NCBI GenBank assembly: GCA_002299555.1
Contig: DBOL01000025.1
Coordinates: 817 to 64,816 of the forward strand
Length of the DNA stretch: 64,000 nucleotides
Reading direction: 5' to 3'
Origin: Candidatus Aminicenantes bacterium UBA647
Lineage (GTDB): Bacteria; Acidobacteriota; Aminicenantia; UBA2199
In this document: piece by piece, positions 55,856-63,797 of the stretch
Layout: each line of letters starts with the position of its first letter
Numbering within the stretch: the stretch's first letter is position 1
Notes under the pieces: generated by a model
Told to the model about the DNA's origin: nothing
Databases searched by the model: none
Seen by the model: only the letters and a program-made list of their open reading frames with translations
Made by a program: the position numbers and the translations under genes

Positions 55856-57538
55856 CTATTTTTCATAATCTTCCGGAGAATGATCTTCTCCATGACATTG
55901 CAGATAGCAATATCCTTTATTTCCTACGACTTCAAATTTTAACTCACCATCTAAATTCGGAAAAACAACACTCGTATCAAAATTAATTAATCCGATATTT
56001 TGCCTTGACCCATGAGGATCATGACATACTGAACATGGGGTGCTCTCTTCATTAATATGTTTCTTGTGATATTTAAAGGTTGTCAGATTTTCACTCATTA
56101 TGATCTCCGGCCTGTGACACTTCCAGCAAAGATCATAATTTGATTGTTGATAAGGCATCCCGGATGCAATCAAATACCTTCTTTCCAATAAGTTCTCATG
56201 AATTGAACCATGAGGCCCTTCAGGGCCACTACCACCTGCTTTCATTGAATTATTATTGTTATGACAATCGGTACAATTCATTATCGACGCAACATTCCAT
56301 GCAGGTCGCAAAGAGGGGACACCTGAAATTCCTCCTTTTTGTACAACACTATGAAAACTCTTATTGGAGGGGAGAAAGGCTTCCCTCATATTAGAATTCT
56401 GATATTGTCTGCTGACATCAAAACTATTGTATTTATCCTGCCCGTGACATTTCAAGCAAACCTCAAATTCAAATTGTGATTCTTCAATAATTGATCCGGT
56501 AATATTCATCCCTGATACGCCCGCCAACCGCCCATTAACCTGAGGGGCAACTGATTTTAATGAATTTACTCTGTGAGGATTATGGCAGTCAACACACTGA
56601 ACGTGAATATTGTTTAATAATATATTCTCTTTTGCATCGTGAATATTGCTGTATAAAGCAGAATCAACTGAATGAGATACATTTTTTCTCAACTCAGATC
56701 TAATATCAATACCGGTATTACCATTGTGACAAGCTAAACACGATTCCGAATCAGGGCCCTTTAGTAATAAATGGTGACTCCCCTCTGCATTATGACTTTG
56801 ATGACAATTCATACAGGAATTCTCAGTTACAGACTTATTGTTCGTATGAAACCACGGGTTCTTTCCAACTCCACTCCACGTCTTAGCCGAAATATCGTGA
56901 GTGGAAAGTCCATTATATCCTATAGGATCATGACATGATTTACACAAGGCTCCACCTGAAATATCTTTAACCAGAAATTTCGGGAAATTATCATGGTGAG
57001 GATCGTGACAGGTTGTACATTGGATCTTCCCATTCTTATCATATCCCACTTTATCATCAAGAGAAGGGTGCTTATACTCCGGAGAGGATGAAACAACGTT
57101 ATTACTACTAAAAGATATGGGATGATCATCTGAGATATTTTCTCCCAGGTTAGCAGAATGACCCCTTGGGAATCTTCCTGCATCTGTATTAGTTACAGAC
57201 ATATTTTCTGATCGGTTCAGCACTCTCCCCAATGCTATTGTCCCATCGTGACATGAAAGGCAAAGTTTCGAAGCTCCGTCAGGTTGTCCCAGAACAGAGT
57301 ACAATGTGGAGCTGCTGTAAAGTGTGTATTGAACCGAAGAACTTTCACGATTCCACAGAGGGAAATTCTTACCTTTTGTGTGAGAAGTGTGGCAAAAAAT
57401 ACAAATTTGACTGTCACTTGTGGCTTTGATATTGCCAGCACTGGAACTTGACAAATTGTGCTTTGAATTCTTTATACTTCTCGATGAAGCAAAAAATCCT
57501 AAAATAAAAATTAATGAAAAAATCGCAAGTCTCTTCAT
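55856..57538 (-). CDS. Multiheme c-type cytochrome, 11 CXXCH plus one CX3CH (doubled-CXXCH / Geobacter-type family)
   Basis: Canonical motifs: CIFCH, CLSCH, CTTCH, CKSCH, CMNCH, CLACH, CVDCH, CLKCH, CTDCH, CWKCH and CSVCH. Variant: CYLQCH. The N-terminal SKHNLS....CIFCHTSH...PLWN pattern is present, with a signal peptide. Confidence 0.85.
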   Translation of the reverse strand: MKRLAIFSLIFILGFFASSRSIKNSKHNLSSSSAGNIKATSDSQICIFCHTSHTKGKNFPLWNRESSSVQYTLYSSSTLYSVLGQPDGASKLCLSCHDGTIALGRVLNRSENMSVTNTDAGRFPRGHSANLGENISDDHPISFSSNNVVSSSPEYKHPSLDDKVGYDKNGKIQCTTCHDPHHDNFPKFLVKDISGGALCKSCHDPIGYNGLSTHDISAKTWSGVGKNPWFHTNNKSVTENSCMNCHQSHNAEGSHHLLLKGPDSESCLACHNGNTGIDIRSELRKNVSHSVDSALYSNIHDAKENILLNNIHVQCVDCHNPHRVNSLKSVAPQVNGRLAGVSGMNITGSIIEESQFEFEVCLKCHGQDKYNSFDVSRQYQNSNMREAFLPSNKSFHSVVQKGGISGVPSLRPAWNVASIMNCTDCHNNNNSMKAGGSGPEGPHGSIHENLLERRYLIASGMPYQQSNYDLCWKCHRPEIIMSENLTTFKYHKKHINEESTPCSVCHDPHGSRQNIGLINFDTSVVFPNLDGELKFEVVGNKGYCYLQCHGEDHSPEDYEK

Positions 57539-58470
57539 TCCGTCTCCTGAATTACCTTGAAAATTTGTATCCTGCTGTTGTAAGTATCTAAAACAAAGAT
57601 TCTTCCCGCTTTATCTAATAGTATCCCGCTTGGCATCCAAAAATTTAAGTCTCCACTTCCGGGGCCACCAAAATAATGCAAAAACTGTCCGGAACTATCA
57701 AAAATCTGGATATTGTCAAACATTACATCAGTTACATATATCCTCTTTTCGGAATCAACAGCTATACCTTTAGGCTTCGAAAATTCGCCCCCACTTCGCC
57801 CGTTTCTACCAAATGTGGCGACAAACTCTCCACTATGATCAAATATCTGAACTCTGAAATTTAATGCATCAGTGATATATATGCTATCTGTATCAACAAC
57901 AATATGTGTAGGATAATTGAACTTCCCGATTTCACTTCCACGATCTCCAAAATGGAGAATCTCTTTACCTTCCAGATCATAAATTACAACCTGATGATTT
58001 TGTGTGTCAGTACAAAATAATTTTCCAAGATAAAAATATATCCCGGTTATCCTTCTGTTCTGGTCACTTATTAAAATTCTTTTATATTTCAGATCCTTTC
58101 CAAATTCAATGACAGACCTGTAATATGAGTCCGAAACATAAAATCCCCCTGAATTCCCCCTGGCACAACTTACAGGTGAAATAAAATTCTTCCCATTGAA
58201 AGTTGAAATGTTTTTTTTCCTGTCTCCTTTCTCATTGATGATAACGATACGACCATTTGACTGATCTGTGACACAATACAGCCCTTTATCTATTTCCACA
58301 ATTGAGACCGGTTTGATCAGGAGGTCAGGTTTTTTCCCGAATAAAACCTCTACAATATTTTTTTTCTTCTTACCTTTTAGATCAATTATTTTTTCAAGCT
58401 TAACGGTCTCACCGGAAGCAAAAGTGCTGATCAGTAAAATTGAAAGTATTAATGAAATTAGATTTTTCAA
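57535..58470 (-). CDS. NHL-repeat six-bladed beta-propeller protein (periplasmic)
   Basis: Signal peptide. Repeated ~45 aa units have F..P.GI..D..G.IYV.D..N.RIQ.F (for example YPTHIVVDTDSIYITDALNFRVQIFD and PKGIAVDSEKRIYVTDVMFDNIQIFD). The start is TTG, overlapping the upstream stop (TTGA). Confidence 0.8.
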   Translation of the reverse strand: MKNLISLILSILLISTFASGETVKLEKIIDLKGKKKKNIVEVLFGKKPDLLIKPVSIVEIDKGLYCVTDQSNGRIVIINEKGDRKKNISTFNGKNFISPVSCARGNSGGFYVSDSYYRSVIEFGKDLKYKRILISDQNRRITGIYFYLGKLFCTDTQNHQVVIYDLEGKEILHFGDRGSEIGKFNYPTHIVVDTDSIYITDALNFRVQIFDHSGEFVATFGRNGRSGGEFSKPKGIAVDSEKRIYVTDVMFDNIQIFDSSGQFLHYFGGPGSGDLNFWMPSGILLDKAGRIFVLDTYNSRIQIFKVIQETE

Positions 58471-60425
58471 AAAAGCCTCCTTATAATTATACTGAAATAT
58501 GTGTGCTTCTTATTCGCTAAATAGTAATCATTCAGGAAATGTTCAAAGAACAGATCGATCACCACTTTTCTGATCGTCCAATTGAATTTGATTATAAGGC
58601 TTTCTCTTTCTGCCAGATATACCGAGGTTTTATTACTTAAATATCTGTATATGGCATTGAACCTGACTCCGTGCCTTGGATTAAAAGTCAGATCTCCCAT
58701 ATACAATTTATAATCTCCTCTCAGATCACCATTATCATAATGTGTTATTTTTGAGATAAAGTTACCTGAAAATTTAAAATATTTCAAAAATCCAAATCCT
58801 GAATTGAGCCTGAAGTATCTTGAACGATATCCTGAAAAAGATGAACTATACCTGTCAATCATGTATTCACAATTGACCAGCCTTGCATCTACGCGAAATC
58901 CATAGTTTTCACTTTCAAAATCTTCGTACGGTTGAACAAGATATTCAGAACTAAGAAACATATCATTATCATACTTCCTGTAAAACAGATGGAAATATTT
59001 CAAAAAATATAAAGAAGCACTGATCTGAGTGTAATCATTCCTCAGCTTATGATCCGGGAAGGTCTGATAATGATAATAGATAGCCACCCTCTCTCCGGAC
59101 GACATTGCGCCTCCGGGGATCCTGAGGATATTAATAACATTGTCAACAATAGTAATTTCATAATCGATGTATTCAATGTATATTCTGGTCAGATCCACAT
59201 TGGTTATTCGGATACTGTCAACTTGAATTCCCGGAATTGATAATAAGATCGTATCTGAAAAAGTAAACTTCCTGAATTCACTTACTTCAGAGATATCACT
59301 TTTTGAAATAAAATCACGATTTTCAATGCTTTTCCCCAAATTAAAATTTATTGCTCCATTTTTGATCTTTTTTGTGTAATTAATCGTCAATTGACCTTTA
59401 TAAGACTTGATATCCTGGAAAGAAGAATTCTCAAGTCTTCCTGACAATGAAGCTGTTGTTGTGAGACTGTCAAAAAGTTTATGTCTTAACGAAGATACAA
59501 GTTCCCCTTTCTGATAGGAATTATTATTTGACAGATCATTTGAATATGAAAATAAATTAAGTGAGAACAGGCCCTTCCGGATGAAGTTACTGGTATTAAA
59601 TGTGAAACCTAAGGTTTCCAGTGAAAGATCTTCTGTCATTTTCCGGTATGACACATTTGATATAACAAAGTTCCTCTTACTATTCCCGTAAAAATAGGAA
59701 AAATCATTCCGGATATCAAATGATTGAAAATTCAGACCATAAACCTTTTCTGAAAAATCTTTCCAATTTGATCTGAGCGTTAACTTACCGTTCTTAATAC
59801 GTGCAAGATCGGAATAAAATTCTATATTTTTGCTTTCTTCATTTCTCTCTTCATAAGATATCGATTCCGATAAACTTTTACTTTTGTATGCTTTCAACCT
59901 GAAAGGTAATAATTTTGTCCCGTTGCTGATCGCGAATCCAATACTTTCATTCAACAGATATTTCCTCTCAAAATAGTTTCGGTCCGATGTACTGAAACCT
60001 TTCATTGCAAAAATATCAAAATGTATTTTCTTCTTCTTAAATAAATTCAGGACAATATTGTAAGTGTTGTTGACAGAATTGTTAATGTCAGAATCTGAAA
60101 ACAATGTCCTTTTTGCTCTATAACCTACCAGACTAAAATTTATATTAAATGTCAACAGATTGGGATGGTAAATGCTTCCACTGGAATTTATCTGAATTCC
60201 ACCTTCAAAATACTTTCGAAAAATATCACTGCTAACAAGACCGTCAAATGAATCAATATCGCTGGTTGACTCATATTTAAGGATAAATGCTCCCGAAAAA
60301 TCGGATAGTTTAAATAAAGAAATTTCCTGTGCTGACAAATAATTAAAAGGAATAAACAACAAATTCAATACAACAATAACTTTCAAAAGGGATTTATTCC
60401 GGATAGCCTTAAAAAATTTTCTCAT
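58467..60425 (-). CDS. Large outer-membrane beta-barrel candidate of the second cytochrome module
   Basis: Signal peptide (..NYLSAQE). 652 aa of Tyr/Phe/Asn/Ser-rich alternating sequence ending ..IIIRRLF, with a C-terminal Phe typical of OMPs. ATGA overlaps occur on both sides. Confidence 0.55.
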   Translation of the reverse strand: MRKFFKAIRNKSLLKVIVVLNLLFIPFNYLSAQEISLFKLSDFSGAFILKYESTSDIDSFDGLVSSDIFRKYFEGGIQINSSGSIYHPNLLTFNINFSLVGYRAKRTLFSDSDINNSVNNTYNIVLNLFKKKKIHFDIFAMKGFSTSDRNYFERKYLLNESIGFAISNGTKLLPFRLKAYKSKSLSESISYEERNEESKNIEFYSDLARIKNGKLTLRSNWKDFSEKVYGLNFQSFDIRNDFSYFYGNSKRNFVISNVSYRKMTEDLSLETLGFTFNTSNFIRKGLFSLNLFSYSNDLSNNNSYQKGELVSSLRHKLFDSLTTTASLSGRLENSSFQDIKSYKGQLTINYTKKIKNGAINFNLGKSIENRDFISKSDISEVSEFRKFTFSDTILLSIPGIQVDSIRITNVDLTRIYIEYIDYEITIVDNVINILRIPGGAMSSGERVAIYYHYQTFPDHKLRNDYTQISASLYFLKYFHLFYRKYDNDMFLSSEYLVQPYEDFESENYGFRVDARLVNCEYMIDRYSSSFSGYRSRYFRLNSGFGFLKYFKFSGNFISKITHYDNGDLRGDYKLYMGDLTFNPRHGVRFNAIYRYLSNKTSVYLAERESLIIKFNWTIRKVVIDLFFEHFLNDYYLANKKHTYFSIIIRRLF

Positions 60426-60973
60426 ATCTTTTTCAGGAAAAATTTGTTGTCAGAGATATGGGGATCATGACATTCAAGGCAATTATCTCCTTTACAGGGG
60501 AGTGACGCTCCTGTTATTGGAGTTCTGTGGCATAAAACACATAGTTTCTTCCCATCTGCCAGCAGGAGTTTTCTGTTCTCGGATTGATGAGGGTTATGAC
60601 ATGTATTACATGCCCTTACTGCAACCGGCCCATGAACATATGGCCCTTCGAATTTTTCCTCCTTATGACAGATAAAACAGAGCTCTTTTTTCCCTGCTCT
60701 CAGAAAATTTGAAACATCTCTGGTATGACATTTGGTACACTCTTTTGTTTTATAATCGGGATGAGTTGATATGAATCGAACCTTAACGACTTTACGCCGA
60801 TCCTGCCCGGCAATATTTTTATCCTCAGTTTTAATTACTTGCCCGACCTCTGGCCCGGGGACACCATCAAAAAAAACCGAAAGAACTTTTCTATGCTTTT
60901 GAACAACGCAGGAACTCAATAAAATGAGGTTGATTAAAAAAAATACTACTAAAACAGAATTATTTTTCTTCAT
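60422..60973 (-). CDS. Pentaheme c-type cytochrome lipoprotein
   Basis: Motifs CTKCH, CFICH, CNTCH, CVLCH and CLECH. The signal peptide has lipobox-like LLSSC when started at MKKNNS (60973); the ORF-track extension to 61012 is unlikely. Confidence 0.8.
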   Translation of the reverse strand: MKKNNSVLVVFFLINLILLSSCVVQKHRKVLSVFFDGVPGPEVGQVIKTEDKNIAGQDRRKVVKVRFISTHPDYKTKECTKCHTRDVSNFLRAGKKELCFICHKEEKFEGPYVHGPVAVRACNTCHNPHQSENRKLLLADGKKLCVLCHRTPITGASLPCKGDNCLECHDPHISDNKFFLKKI

Positions 60974-62066
60974 ATTCTCCAAATGCATATACATTAACTT
61001 TATTTTTCCCAAAATTAGAAGTTATATACAATAAATATTCGGCTTTAAAATCCGGAGAAATATATTTGGAAAACAAAGATAAATTTTCATAATCAATTGT
61101 AATCGCCGCCGGCATATAAAGGTTATACCTCTCCCTTCCGGGCCCAAGCATGTGAAGGAGTAATTTCTTTTCTTTATTAAATATCTGTACATTCTGAAAT
61201 GCAGAATCGATTACATATATCCGCCCCTGTTTGTCAATATCGATCCCCTTCGCTCTGACAAAATTTCCCGGGCGATCACCGATACGCCCCAGACTGTCAA
61301 TATATTTTCCATTGATATCAAAGATAGATACTCTGTTATTTGTTGAGTCAACAATAAAGATTTTGTTCTCAAAAATTTTTATACTTGTCGGATGATACAA
61401 TTGCCCTTCCATCCTCCCCTTTTCACCGATCCGCCTTAAAATTTCCCCTGTCCTGATATCCAACACAAGAATCTGATGGGCTTTTACATCACTGACAAAC
61501 AGTTCATCTCCTCTAATATCAATATCAGATGGAGAAAACTCCCTCTTTTCACCATATACTTTCAGCAGATCACCATCAATATTATAAGCAAGAACCTGCT
61601 TTCTTAACATGTCTGCAACATATATAATGTTATTTTCTTTATCAATTGTTATATTCACGGGCTTTAAAAGTCTGCCCTGACCTTTATATCCCAAAAATCC
61701 AAGTTTCCTTTTTACCAGATCCAGAGTAACAACAACGTTGCTTCTGGAATCACATACATATATAACTCCTCTGTATGAATCAACACCATGTGCCTTTTTT
61801 ATTACAAAATCTTTCTTTGTCTCAGAACCGGCAACAAATCTAAAGAATTTACTTTTCTTTTTCTCAATATCACTTGAAGTAGTGAAAGTTGTCAGATATT
61901 GATATCTGGGTTTTGCCGGCAAAGGCGGAAAAAAAACATATTTTTTTTTGTTATCAGGGGAAGTTTTCAGTGTATTATACTTTGAGCAGAAAGGGAATAG
62001 CGTCACCAATAACATAATCATTACAAGTGATAGTGTTTTCCCGATTCTCATGTCCAAGGGATGCAT
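60960..62066 (-). CDS. NHL-repeat beta-propeller lipoprotein
   Basis: Lipobox LFPFC. NHL units include AHGVDSYRGVIYVCDSRSN.VV, PVNITIDKENNIIYVADMLRKQVLAY, HPTSIKIFENKIFIVDSTNNRVSIFD and AKGIDIDKQGRIYVIDSAFQNVQIFN. AGGAG lies 6 nt before ATG 62066. Confidence 0.8.
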   Translation of the reverse strand: MHPLDMRIGKTLSLVMIMLLVTLFPFCSKYNTLKTSPDNKKKYVFFPPLPAKPRYQYLTTFTTSSDIEKKKSKFFRFVAGSETKKDFVIKKAHGVDSYRGVIYVCDSRSNVVVTLDLVKRKLGFLGYKGQGRLLKPVNITIDKENNIIYVADMLRKQVLAYNIDGDLLKVYGEKREFSPSDIDIRGDELFVSDVKAHQILVLDIRTGEILRRIGEKGRMEGQLYHPTSIKIFENKIFIVDSTNNRVSIFDINGKYIDSLGRIGDRPGNFVRAKGIDIDKQGRIYVIDSAFQNVQIFNKEKKLLLHMLGPGRERYNLYMPAAITIDYENLSLFSKYISPDFKAEYLLYITSNFGKNKVNVYAFGEYEEK

Positions 62067-62131
62067 TTCTCTCTCCTTCAATGAAACTATAAAACAATAT
62101 TACCAAAAGGAATTATAAAATTAAAGAATCC

Positions 62132-62167
62132 TAAAAAAAAAGCCCCGATCGTAACCGAGGCTTTTTT
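62132..62167 (-). terminator. Rho-independent terminator after the tetraheme gene
   Basis: The imperfect GC-rich hairpin AGCCCCGATCGTAACCGAGGCT at 62141-62162 is flanked by A9 on one side and T6 on the other. Read on the minus strand, the hairpin is followed by a T9 run. Confidence 0.55.
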
Positions 62168-62197
62168 GTTACTTTTTAACTTAATACAACAATAAAA

Positions 62198-62839
62198 TTA
62201 TTTGTTATGACAGGTCAGACAAAGAGCACTCTGAACATTGCTCTTTCTGAGAAGATTTGCTACATTTGCAGTATTGTGAACATCATGACAAGACGAGCAC
62301 TCAAGAAGGTTATTACCGGCACCCTCTAGCATATCATCATCGATATTCGCTCCCAATCCGGACGCAGTCAAAGTCGGATCATGAAGTTCGGTATCCAGAG
62401 CAACTAAAGCTACATCGTAAGCAATGGAGATCGGATGATCATTTGACAAATCCAGACCTACATTAGCAGCACCTGTTAAAGGTACCGTTCCAACTGTACC
62501 GCCAAAGCTGTCCAGTGCAGTAACGCCATCATGACATGATAAACACAGCAATGAAACCCCGGCAGGATCCCCTACTGTTGCATTCATATCATATCCTGCT
62601 CCATAATTTACGAATGTTTGAGTTGATTCTGTATGATTCCATAGTGGAGCATCTGTAATTGTTGCGTCACCATTATGAGGAGTATGACATGGCTGACATA
62701 ACTCGCCTCCAGTCCCACTATTCCATGCATCTGCATTAAATCCGGTTCCGTCGCTAAAATCATGAGCTGAACCACCAATCAGAGCATAAAGACCTGCTGC
62801 AACCGTGATCGAAAGTAAAATAAATAATACTTTTTTCAT
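62198..62839 (-). CDS. Tetraheme c-type cytochrome (doubled-CXXCH family), secreted
   Basis: Motifs CQPCH, CLSCH, CSSCH and CLTCH. The pattern SAHDF....CQPCHTPHN....APLWN is present. There is a signal peptide from MKKVLF (62839), with AGGAG upstream. Confidence 0.85.
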   Translation of the reverse strand: MKKVLFILLSITVAAGLYALIGGSAHDFSDGTGFNADAWNSGTGGELCQPCHTPHNGDATITDAPLWNHTESTQTFVNYGAGYDMNATVGDPAGVSLLCLSCHDGVTALDSFGGTVGTVPLTGAANVGLDLSNDHPISIAYDVALVALDTELHDPTLTASGLGANIDDDMLEGAGNNLLECSSCHDVHNTANVANLLRKSNVQSALCLTCHNK

Positions 62840-62892
62840 TATAAACTCCTTTAAAATTAATTTAATATGACATTTCCATGACATACAAAGAT

Positions 62893-62921
62893 AATATAGA
62901 TTCAAATCGTTTATATGTCAA
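62893..62921 (-). promoter_or_regulatory. Sigma-70-type promoter for the tetraheme gene: TTGACA-N17-TATATT
   Basis: On the minus strand, TTGACA lies at 62921-62916, followed by a 17 nt spacer and TATATT at 62898-62893. This is about 55 nt upstream of the start codon. Confidence 0.5.
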
Positions 62922-62963
62922 TTATATCGAGTCCTATTTACGGTTTGATTTATGAAAAATCTA

Positions 62964-62983
62964 TTTGCAACTTTAGTTGCAAA
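62964..62983. promoter_or_regulatory. Perfect 9-2-9 palindrome TTTGCAACT-TT-AGTTGCAAA in the divergent intergenic region
   Basis: Verified by hand. It lies between the divergent tetraheme gene and the 63047 gene, with no T-run that would make it a terminator. Confidence 0.35.
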
Positions 62984-63046
62984 AAAAAAGCAAACATGGT
63001 ATTAAATATTTAATGAAGTTGACAATCTATAAAGGGAGAAATTATT

Positions 63047-63793
63047 GTGAATATTTTTAAAAATAAAGGAAGTATTGTGACAGCAATGCTGATGATAGGA
63101 TTCCTGGCCTTCTCCGGGTCGGGAACCGAACTCTCCGCAGAAAATAAAATTGAACCCAAGATCCATAACGGGAAACTTCTGCAGATGTTCAAGTCGGGAG
63201 GATACACCTATCTGGAATATGAATCAGATGGTAAGAAGTTCTGGGCTGCATCAAAAATGGTCGTTGCAAACATCGGAAATATCATTGAATTCAACAATCC
63301 TCTGGAAATGAAGGACTTTTATTCAAAATCATTGAAAAGAAAGTTCGAGCTCATTTATTTTGCAGGAATGGTGAGAGCTGTCGGCAAACCGGGAGAACTT
63401 TCCATGAAATCAATGCAGAGCATGACGGGACACAAAAAAATGGGCACCGAAAAAAAAGTTATTGTTGTCAATGCCGGCTCTGTAAAAAAAGCAGACAGCG
63501 GGTACACAATAGCAGAGTGCTTCTCGCAAAAGGATGCATTAAAAGGAAAAACGATACTGATACGGGCAATAGTAGTGAAATTCTCCCCGAAAATAAAAGG
63601 GAGAAATTGGGTCCATATAAGGGACGGAAGCGGGATTGCAGGCACGAACGATATAACGTTTACAACAAAGGAAACTTTAACTCCGGGAGATCTTATTCTG
63701 GTTAAGGGGATTCTCTTACTTAACAAGGATATTGGCTCAGGATATTTATTCCCGGTATTTTTGGAAGATCCGGAGGTTGTAAAGGAGAAATAA
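63047..63793 (+). CDS. Secreted hypothetical protein with two OB-fold-like modules
   Basis: Signal peptide. The patterns SGGYTYLEYESDGKKFWAA and KGK.I.IRA.VVKF.P.I.GRNWVHI.DGSG recall a family I remember from metal-reducing and anaerobic bacteria. The start is GTG, with AAGGGAG upstream. Confidence 0.5.
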   Translation: MNIFKNKGSIVTAMLMIGFLAFSGSGTELSAENKIEPKIHNGKLLQMFKSGGYTYLEYESDGKKFWAASKMVVANIGNIIEFNNPLEMKDFYSKSLKRKFELIYFAGMVRAVGKPGELSMKSMQSMTGHKKMGTEKKVIVVNAGSVKKADSGYTIAECFSQKDALKGKTILIRAIVVKFSPKIKGRNWVHIRDGSGIAGTNDITFTTKETLTPGDLILVKGILLLNKDIGSGYLFPVFLEDPEVVKEK

Positions 63794-63797
63794 TAAA

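Noticed and set aside
62067-62131. Search for a second sigma-54 promoter upstream of the NHL-lipoprotein operon (TTGGTAATATTGTTTT)
   Set aside because: GG is present, but the -12 position reads TT instead of GC, so it does not fit the consensus spacing. No convincing promoter could be assigned by eye.
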